Of a stretch of 64,000 nt of DNA, positions 58,066 to 64,000 are shown piece after piece. Below the pieces are notes generated by a model. That model was not told the DNA's origin. It saw nothing but the letters and a program-made list of their open reading frames with translations, and ran no database searches. Position numbers and translations under genes: made by a program. Origin of the DNA: a virus. Location: positions 2,845 through 66,844 of IMG/VR virus record IMGVR_UViG_3300025876_000020, one strand, 5' to 3'. The stretch's first letter is position 1, and the number at the start of each line of letters is the position of its first letter.

Positions 58066-58604
58066 TGCAACATAACTGTGACTATAGTCTAGAGTATAGA
58101 GAGCTTAAGGCTGCGAACCCTGACAGACCTATTGTAGGATTTACGGCAGGTAATTTTGACATTTTACATTACGGATACACAGTTACGTTTGAGGAAGCGA
58201 AAAGGCATTGTGATAGGTTTATTGTGTTCTTACAACAGGATCCATCTGCAACTAGAAACACAAAGTATAAACCAATCGTGCCGTATTATGAGAGGTATAA
58301 GAACTTAATGGCTGTGAAGTATATTGATGAGATCTATATGTATCAGACTGAAGAAGAACTGATAGACTTGATACAATTCTTTAAGCCAGATATTAGAATA
58401 CTCGGTGAGGATTATATTAGCATGCCCTTTACAGGTGACGATCTACCACCAAAGGTAGTTTATACAACAAGGTCACATGAGCGCTCTACTACAATGATTA
58501 AGAATAGAATCACTGCTATGACAATAGCTCAGAATCCTGAGCTGTTAGAGAAGATGAACACAACACAGATCAAGAAGGGTAACTTTTCTAGTATAGAGGG
58601 CTAG
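58065..58604 (+). CDS. Cytidylyltransferase (TagD/glycerol-3-phosphate CT-like)
   Basis: GFTAGNFDILHYGY (variant HxGH), ER...L...KYIDE, LGEDY and RSH..STT.IK. Confidence 0.8.
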   Translation: MQHNCDYSLEYRELKAANPDRPIVGFTAGNFDILHYGYTVTFEEAKRHCDRFIVFLQQDPSATRNTKYKPIVPYYERYKNLMAVKYIDEIYMYQTEEELIDLIQFFKPDIRILGEDYISMPFTGDDLPPKVVYTTRSHERSTTMIKNRITAMTIAQNPELLEKMNTTQIKKGNFSSIEG

Positions 58605-59104
58605 AGTAGGTACTTTCTTATAAGACCATCATCAGATAAAATCTCCGCTGTAGGTGTTACAGGTGCCTTTACTTCCTCATCATCGTCATACCCTTCGTAG
58701 TAACCATACAAGTCATCACTGTCACTACTCTCCTCGAACGACATACTACTGGCTTGAGCAGGTGCTGGTGATGGTTCGGCATAAATATGCTTTATCTTTA
58801 TATCTGCTAGAATAACTTTCTTTAACGCTTTGGTTTCTGGCTCACTGTTCGAGCGATTTAAAAAATCCTCTACATCCACTTTAGTAAACTTACCCTTTAA
58901 ACTTGTGACAGGGTCATCATATAACTCCCAAACATGTATAGGTAGGTACAATCTTGCTACTTTAGCGCAGTCCCTAATAACATAGTAAGCTGACTTCTTT
59001 AAGACCTCAATTCCAGTATCAGGACTATCATGCGCCTTGCCGGCTGGTCCCCAAAGCTTAGCAATTTGCTCTGGATTATTATTTAGTATTGCCTCTTCAA
59101 ACAT
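58601..59104 (-). CDS. Hypothetical late protein
   Basis: 167-aa ORF with an acidic tail and CTAAATA upstream. Confidence 0.55.
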   Translation of the reverse strand: MFEEAILNNNPEQIAKLWGPAGKAHDSPDTGIEVLKKSAYYVIRDCAKVARLYLPIHVWELYDDPVTSLKGKFTKVDVEDFLNRSNSEPETKALKKVILADIKIKHIYAEPSPAPAQASSMSFEESSDSDDLYGYYEGYDDDEEVKAPVTPTAEILSDDGLIRKYLL

Positions 59105-59152
59105 ATTGATTAATTATATTTAGTTGCCATATAGAAAAGAGCTACTATAATT

Positions 59153-59169
59153 AGGAACACTGATATAAT
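59153..59169 (+). promoter_or_regulatory. AGGAAC-N5-TATAAT motif, copy 1
   Basis: AGGAACactgaTATAAT, 10 nt before the ATG at 59180. Confidence 0.75.
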
Positions 59170-59179
59170 AATAAGGACA

Positions 59180-59383
59180 ATGAAATCGAAAAGTACAAAA
59201 GGAAAAAGTTTTCCTAAGAAGCCTGTTGAATTCGGAACATTTCTCATTGAGTATAGAGACTCAAAGGATGGAATGCTTCACTTTCTAAAGGAACGTATCG
59301 ATACTATTGATGAGGCGCAAGCGGCTATAGATAAGTTACTACAGCAAGGCGCGTACGAACCTACTATTAGAAAGATTGGATGA
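59180..59383 (+). CDS. Small early hypothetical protein
   Basis: 67-aa ORF after the promoter motif, coupled to the next gene by ATGA. Confidence 0.6.
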   Translation: MKSKSTKGKSFPKKPVEFGTFLIEYRDSKDGMLHFLKERIDTIDEAQAAIDKLLQQGAYEPTIRKIG

Positions 59384-59829
59384 TAACATTACTACCGTCA
59401 ACTGGAGTTAAGAAGTTAACAGGTATCAACTATGATACATTAGAATGGGTAATAGACAAAGTACTAACTGCAAACTTAGGGCAGAGCTTTAACTATAATA
59501 TTACGATTCATAAGAGCCGTATTAAAGAGACTTCGTATGTGTGGCTTGAGAATAGGTCACGTAACTTTAAGATATACCTAGACTGCTCTGGTGACATTAG
59601 ATATTCTATTAGCACAATTCTCCATGAGATTAGACATATTCTACAGCACAATTTCTTTAAGTTTAGTATGGCTTGTGCATACAGTACGTATAAAGAGTAC
59701 TATAATTCTGCAGAGGAAAAGGATGCACGTAAGTTTGAGAAGCTAACTACTTCAGTACTACATACATACAAAGCACTTGAGCAGTCTAAGGTAGTTTTTA
59801 AGAAGAACAACTTAGGAACTACTATATAA
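59380..59829 (+). CDS. Putative HExxH zinc metallopeptidase-like protein
   Basis: ILHEIRHILQ plus downstream EKDAR as the third-ligand motif. Confidence 0.6.
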   Translation: MITLLPSTGVKKLTGINYDTLEWVIDKVLTANLGQSFNYNITIHKSRIKETSYVWLENRSRNFKIYLDCSGDIRYSISTILHEIRHILQHNFFKFSMACAYSTYKEYYNSAEEKDARKFEKLTTSVLHTYKALEQSKVVFKKNNLGTTI

Positions 59830-59830
59830 T
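59814..59830 (+). promoter_or_regulatory. AGGAAC-N5-TATAAT motif, copy 2
   Basis: AGGAACtactaTATAAT. Confidence 0.7.
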
Positions 59831-59878
59831 AAGAGTATACAAAAAAAGAGCCTAACGTTTTAAGTGAGCGCCTTCAAA

Positions 59879-59895
59879 AGGAACTACCTTATAAT
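59879..59895 (+). promoter_or_regulatory. AGGAAC-N5-TATAAT motif, copy 3
   Basis: AGGAACtacctTATAAT, upstream of the DUF932 gene. Confidence 0.75.
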
Positions 59896-59940
59896 TAATA
59901 AGACAACAAACAACAACAATAAACAGTAGAAAATAATAAT

Positions 59941-60774
59941 ATGGGATTCATAACCGAAATTAAAAGCCTCAATGAGGTACCGCAATTCGAAGTCGAAAAA
60001 GTACAAGTATTCGATGGTAATAGAAGGTGCATTGATGGTGTTTATTCACTCCAACGTTCTGATACAAATCAGCATTTAGGAATGGTTAAGGATAAGTATC
60101 GCCCTATTCAGATGAACGAGATGATTGATATCATTTCAGAAGCATCTGATAAGGTTGGTGATATTGATCACATTGGTTACACTACCTCTAAAGGTGGTCG
60201 TAAGGTCGTTATTCAATCGAAGTACCGTGACACGCTTGATGTAGGTGGTGATAAGATTGATCCATATATCTATACTGTTATTGATAATACAGGTATGGGT
60301 AGTAATAAGATGATTCCAAGCTCTGTTCGAATTGCTTGTGATAATGCTTTCCACTTGATTGCTCAAAATGAGGAAGCTAGTGATCGTGCTCGTCACTCTG
60401 CATCATTCGATACGCATGTAGATGGTATGATTAACAATATCGTAAGTGCTATTTCTACTACTAAGAACTTTACTCAGATTGTTGAGAAGCTTAAGAATGA
60501 GAAGTTCAACCGTGATCAGATGGTTCAGTTTACTCAGAAGCTTATCCCGATTGAGAAGGAAGAATCAACACGCCGTCAGAACAAGCGTGAGAAGCTTGTA
60601 GAGCTCTACGAAGGCGGTCGTGGTAATGTTGGTGAGAGTCGTTGGGATGCATTCAATGCTATTACTGAGTTTGAGACTCATAGTGGTAAGCAGTCGCCAG
60701 AGAAGCTCATTCGTACTTTCTCTGCAAATACTTTATCACGCCAGGCTCTTAATCTCCTCACAATTGCGGGTTAG
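59941..60774 (+). CDS. DUF932 family protein
   Basis: R.DT...LG.V...Y.PIQ, GG..V, VRIACDN, RH and G...W.AFNAITEF..H. Confidence 0.8.
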   Translation: MGFITEIKSLNEVPQFEVEKVQVFDGNRRCIDGVYSLQRSDTNQHLGMVKDKYRPIQMNEMIDIISEASDKVGDIDHIGYTTSKGGRKVVIQSKYRDTLDVGGDKIDPYIYTVIDNTGMGSNKMIPSSVRIACDNAFHLIAQNEEASDRARHSASFDTHVDGMINNIVSAISTTKNFTQIVEKLKNEKFNRDQMVQFTQKLIPIEKEESTRRQNKREKLVELYEGGRGNVGESRWDAFNAITEFETHSGKQSPEKLIRTFSANTLSRQALNLLTIAG

Positions 60775-60792
60775 TTCTAATAAATAACTATA

Positions 60793-60969
60793 ATGTATAA
60801 AGATAAAATTGGAAGATTTGAATTTGTATTTGAGGAAGCAACAGCTCGTATCATCGTCTATAGAAGCGGTGATGCGGCCCCTGTTCGCCACATCAATGTA
60901 AGTAAGGAGCTATCTGAGAAGGACTTCCATTATGAGATAATGGACTTTGCTGCAAAGATGGGTGATTAA
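60793..60969 (+). CDS. Unannotated 58-aa protein MYKDKIGRFEFVFEEATARIIVYRSG...
   Basis: It fills the gap between DUF932 and the next gene. TAAATA lies 6 nt before the ATG. Confidence 0.7.
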   Translation: MYKDKIGRFEFVFEEATARIIVYRSGDAAPVRHINVSKELSEKDFHYEIMDFAAKMGD

Positions 60970-60975
60970 ACTAGA

Positions 60976-61266
60976 ATGAATATACGAAGACGCATAAAGA
61001 GGTTTTGCTTGCATAGCTATGAGACTGATCGTACTGCATTTGTATGTGAGCTAATCAGTCTTGTGTTTGCAGTTATAGCTAGCTTAATGTTAGCTGTGAC
61101 AGCTGAATCACCGGACATGAGGCATATATATCCAGGCTTCTTTATAAGCTGTACAGCGGCAACGTACGGATACTATAGACGCAAGCTAGCCTGGCCGATG
61201 ATATTGACCTCATATTATATGATTGTAAACATATTCGGAATGGGAGTAGTATATAAATTATGGTAA
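60976..61266 (+). CDS. Small membrane protein (about 3 TM segments)
   Basis: Hydrophobic stretches ISLVFAVIASLMLAV, IYPGFFISCTAA and MILTSYYMIVNIFGMGVV. Confidence 0.65.
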   Translation: MNIRRRIKRFCLHSYETDRTAFVCELISLVFAVIASLMLAVTAESPDMRHIYPGFFISCTAATYGYYRRKLAWPMILTSYYMIVNIFGMGVVYKLW

Positions 61267-61709
61267 CAATGAAACTTAAACTAGCCTTAACAATACTGCT
61301 TTGTGTATCATGTAGCACACAAAACCTATCTCAGAACTCTTTATTTGTAGACAGTCTAAATGCAAAGAAATATAATGCACGTATAACATACTACAGCGTC
61401 GGTCAAGACAAGTGGGGTGATAAGGTAGCATGTCCAAAGACACCTAGAGCAAAGGAGGGTATTACAGTTGCTGCACATCCTGACTTTAAGTTTGGTACAC
61501 AGGTCTTTATTCCTGAGCTTAAAAATAAGATAGGTGATGGTAAGTTCGTTATACAGGATAGAGGGAGCGCAGTTAAGAGCAAGAAGGCAGCTAACGGCAA
61601 AGCATATGTCTTTGATGTGTTTGTAAAAACACAAAAGGAATTATGGCGGCATGCATATAATAAACCGATGTATATGGACGTGTACATTTTAACAACAGAG
61701 AGTAAATAA
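61260..61709 (+). CDS. 3D (Asp-Asp-Asp) domain protein with a signal/lipoprotein-like N-terminus
   Basis: TVAAHP...FGT.VFIP...F..QDRGSAVK...FDVF. Leader KLKLALTILLCVSC. Confidence 0.75.
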   Translation: MVTMKLKLALTILLCVSCSTQNLSQNSLFVDSLNAKKYNARITYYSVGQDKWGDKVACPKTPRAKEGITVAAHPDFKFGTQVFIPELKNKIGDGKFVIQDRGSAVKSKKAANGKAYVFDVFVKTQKELWRHAYNKPMYMDVYILTTESK

Positions 61710-61713
61710 CAAT

Positions 61714-61953
61714 ATGAGAATAAGAGGCAATACAGCAACAAACGACATCACCGGCAATGTTATTAAAACAAAACCACCGACAACATTGTATGCAAATAAC
61801 CATGATAAAATCTTCGCCAAGAAGCCTGCTACTGAGTGGATTACTTTTGCTGATCATAAGGAGCATAGTCTAGATAATTTTTTAGAAGATGTTGATGTAG
61901 TAACTACTACACCTATTAAGTATAAAGAATTTAAAGAGAGGCTGGGACTATAA
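61714..61953 (+). CDS. Hypothetical protein
   Basis: 79-aa ORF. The TATNDITG..I.TK.....Y..N.D.IF pattern is common in small phage proteins. Confidence 0.55.
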   Translation: MRIRGNTATNDITGNVIKTKPPTTLYANNHDKIFAKKPATEWITFADHKEHSLDNFLEDVDVVTTTPIKYKEFKERLGL

Positions 61954-62306
61954 TGGATAACCAGCTTTTTAATTACCGGGCGATTGTAACAGGTGTCTAT
62001 GATGGTGACTCTATTACAATTGACATTGACTTAGGTTTTAACAACTGGAAGAAGAATCAAAAAGTCAGGTTGCTTGGAATTAACACTCCCGAGATTCGTG
62101 GAGAGGAGAGACCGGATGGTTTGGTAGCACGTGATCGCTTACGTGAACTAATTCTAGATAAAGAAATCATCATTACATCATATAAAGATAAGTCCGGTAA
62201 ATATGGTAGGTGGTTAGCTACTGTATTTTTAAAACAAGATGGTATGTTTGAGAATATAAACACATTACTACTTCATGAAGGTCTTGCAGAAGTGTATGGA
62301 TCTTAA
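61953..62306 (+). CDS. Thermonuclease (SNase) family protein
   Basis: VYDGDSI..DIDLGF, VRLLGINTPE, GKYGRWLA and IN..LL.EGLA. Confidence 0.9.
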   Translation: MDNQLFNYRAIVTGVYDGDSITIDIDLGFNNWKKNQKVRLLGINTPEIRGEERPDGLVARDRLRELILDKEIIITSYKDKSGKYGRWLATVFLKQDGMFENINTLLLHEGLAEVYGS

Positions 62307-62307
62307 A

Positions 62308-62324
62308 AGGAACATCCTTATAAT
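62308..62324 (+). promoter_or_regulatory. AGGAAC-N5-TATAAT motif, copy 4
   Basis: AGGAACatcctTATAAT, 6 nt before the ATG at 62331. Confidence 0.75.
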
Positions 62325-62330
62325 ATTATT

Positions 62331-62540
62331 ATGATTGAAGTTGATTTTGTAAGAGTGTCTACGATGACTGGTGTGCAGCGTACTAAAACATTAATGGTAG
62401 ATGCGGATAAGCTCAGAGCGTATGGTCGTGGAGAGATCTATATTCAGGAAGCGTTTCCACACCTATCAGCAGATGATAGGGAGTATATTATTTCAGGATG
62501 TACTCCAGAAGAGTTTGAAAGACTGACTCCAAACGGATGA
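62331..62540 (+). CDS. Small phage hypothetical protein
   Basis: IQEAFPHLSADDREYIISG.TPEEF is a recurrent phage early-protein pattern. Confidence 0.65.
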   Translation: MIEVDFVRVSTMTGVQRTKTLMVDADKLRAYGRGEIYIQEAFPHLSADDREYIISGCTPEEFERLTPNG

Positions 62541-62701
62541 AAACATTTCTAGCATACACCTTATATTATATTGGGCATGTTACTAGCTTGACTTTATTGA
62601 GAGTTAATATACTATCATATATAGGATACCCAATATATAAGTGGTGTATGAATTGGAGCTCAAATTTAGACACTCAACAAAAAATATGGAAGAGACCATA
62701 G
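62537..62701 (+). CDS. Unannotated 54-aa hydrophobic protein MKTFLAYTLYYIGHVTSL...
   Basis: ATGA overlap with the upstream stop. It ends 2 nt before the next ATG (62704). Confidence 0.6.
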   Translation: MKTFLAYTLYYIGHVTSLTLLRVNILSYIGYPIYKWCMNWSSNLDTQQKIWKRP

Positions 62702-62703
62702 AT

Positions 62704-63249
62704 ATGAAACTAAAATTACTATTCAATAAACACTATTGGTGGGACCTACAATATAAGGTCAAATGCTTCTTCAATCCAAAGCAGGAATGGTTGACTAATG
62801 TTATACCTGATACATATTGTGATAAGGTTGAGCTTATTCCGCGGATGTTATTTAAGTGCCTTGAGCATCATGTAGAGGTTGAACGCAAAGTTAACTGGGT
62901 ACACGACATTGGTTATGATTGGGCTGAAGAAGTTAAGCTTAAGTTTGTAAGTCAATCCTATGCTGATGAGCAGATGAAGGTTGACAAAGAGCTAATGAAG
63001 GCCTATAACTGGATTAAGACTGGTCGTAGTGATATAGATGAGCAGATAGATGCTGCATACCCACCACGGGAGCCACTTGAGACACTATTCAGCAAGAGTG
63101 AAACCGTTGATGGGCATTATGAGATAACCGTTTCGCCTGAGCAAACAGCGTGTTATAAAGAGGTAGGCAGACTTGAAGCTATAAAACTTAAGAAGGATAA
63201 GGACTGTATGAGGACTATTATTAAACATCATCATAGATTATGGACATAG
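62704..63249 (+). CDS. Hypothetical protein
   Basis: The start was reassigned from 62641 to MKLKLLF to avoid overlap with 62537..62701. Confidence 0.6.
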   Translation: MKLKLLFNKHYWWDLQYKVKCFFNPKQEWLTNVIPDTYCDKVELIPRMLFKCLEHHVEVERKVNWVHDIGYDWAEEVKLKFVSQSYADEQMKVDKELMKAYNWIKTGRSDIDEQIDAAYPPREPLETLFSKSETVDGHYEITVSPEQTACYKEVGRLEAIKLKKDKDCMRTIIKHHHRLWT

Positions 63250-63437
63250 AGAAAGAAGAAGCTATACCTTTTCCAGGTTCGGAAGAGGCTCAAGATCTCG
63301 GCTGTACGTGTCCTGTTATGGATAATGAGTACGGTAAAGGTTATATGGGAATGGAGGGAGTGTTTGTATATAGTACAACCTGCCCTCTACACGGAGAATC
63401 TCTAAAAGAGATTGCTGATGATAAGGAGGAACACTGA
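63240..63437 (+). CDS. Small Cys-containing phage protein
   Basis: PGS.EA...GCTCPVMDN..G.G......CPLH. Confidence 0.6.
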   Translation: MDIEKEEAIPFPGSEEAQDLGCTCPVMDNEYGKGYMGMEGVFVYSTTCPLHGESLKEIADDKEEH

Positions 63438-63443
63438 TATAAT
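63427..63443 (+). promoter_or_regulatory. AGGAAC-N5-TATAAT motif, copy 5
   Basis: AGGAACactgaTATAAT (identical to copy 1), 6 nt before the ATG at 63450. Confidence 0.75.
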
Positions 63444-63449
63444 AAGTGT

Positions 63450-63647
63450 ATGAAGATTAAGATTGTTCTCACTGGTGATGATAAAGTATATGCACGTAAG
63501 CATAACCTTACTGATAGTGAGATGAGAGACTTTATTGAGGATATGGAAATGGCTGATCAGTTTGAACGGGAAGCTATTTGTGAGGCAGAGCGGAAAAAAG
63601 CTGAGATGTTAGCAACTCCACAGTGCAGCGTCTATGACGCTTGGTAA
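63450..63647 (+). CDS. Small early hypothetical protein
   Basis: 65-aa ORF after the promoter motif. Confidence 0.55.
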   Translation: MKIKIVLTGDDKVYARKHNLTDSEMRDFIEDMEMADQFEREAICEAERKKAEMLATPQCSVYDAW

Positions 63648-63668
63648 TCTTTCCTATTGCAATATAAA

Positions 63669-63685
63669 AGGAACATTAATATAAT
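63669..63685 (+). promoter_or_regulatory. AGGAAC-N5-TATAAT motif, copy 6
   Basis: AGGAACattaaTATAAT, 9 nt before the ATG at 63695. Confidence 0.75.
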
Positions 63686-63694
63686 TACAAAGGT

Positions 63695-63946
63695 ATGATG
63701 ATACAAACAACACAGGATGTAAGCGTAAGTCTAGATAACAAGCAACAGAAAGCGATCACCGCGAATTATCTCCGAGAGGTAGCTGACTGGAAGCCTACTT
63801 ATTTTATTAGTAGTGATGGTTGGGTATATGATAATAAGATGTGTCATACCACTCACTCATTTCAGATGAAGATAAAGATACGCTTAGCTAACGAGGAGGA
63901 TAAAGCTATATACAATATCTTCGAGAATCATTTATTTGATCTATAA
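63695..63946 (+). CDS. Small early hypothetical protein
   Basis: 83-aa ORF after the promoter motif. Confidence 0.55.
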   Translation: MMIQTTQDVSVSLDNKQQKAITANYLREVADWKPTYFISSDGWVYDNKMCHTTHSFQMKIKIRLANEEDKAIYNIFENHLFDL

Positions 63947-64000
63947 ACAATTTATGAAAATGATAATTAAGTTTAAAAACAAACAAGCGTATGATACATG

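Noticed and set aside
62588-62615. TTGACT-N16-TACTAT sigma70-like promoter
   Set aside because: It lies inside the probable 54-aa CDS 62537..62701 and is not positioned near a start codon like the others.
1-64000. tRNA, rRNA, introns/inteins, homing endonucleases, integrase or invertase
   Set aside because: Intergenic gaps are short and no cloverleaf or characteristic motifs were seen. TerL and the clamp loader are of normal length. A covariance-model search was not possible.

Overview
This window is an AT-rich segment of a large T4-like (Tevenvirinae-type) myophage genome, identified by eye from protein motifs with no database search. Positions 1-56 kb hold the late structural region, mostly on the minus strand. 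It contains baseplate genes (gp6, gp25, gp53-, gp27-, gp48-, gp26- and gp54-like), tail tube gp19, sheath gp18, a gp3-like terminator, terminase large subunit gp17 and neck gp14. It also holds an array of about 8 tail fibre/tailspike genes, with a clamp loader, dUTPase and two 2OG-Fe(II) oxygenase-like genes inserted among the structural genes. Positions 56-64 kb hold small plus-strand early/accessory genes: a PD-(D/E)XK nuclease, an RmlD-like reductase, a cytidylyltransferase, DUF932, a 3D-domain protein and an SNase. The main observations are: (1) a modular A-B-A-B tailspike array with shared N-terminal anchor motifs, putative docking modules and a 60-bp promoter-containing direct repeat; (2) one in-frame TAA splitting a tailspike gene, next to a small gene remnant; (3) six copies of an AGGAAC-N5-TATAAT promoter-like motif; (4) late TAAATA boxes placed 5 nt before about 20 start codons, implying leaderless mRNAs and revealing a nested gene and unannotated small ORFs. 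I saw no tRNA, rRNA, CRISPR array, integrase or reverse transcriptase.
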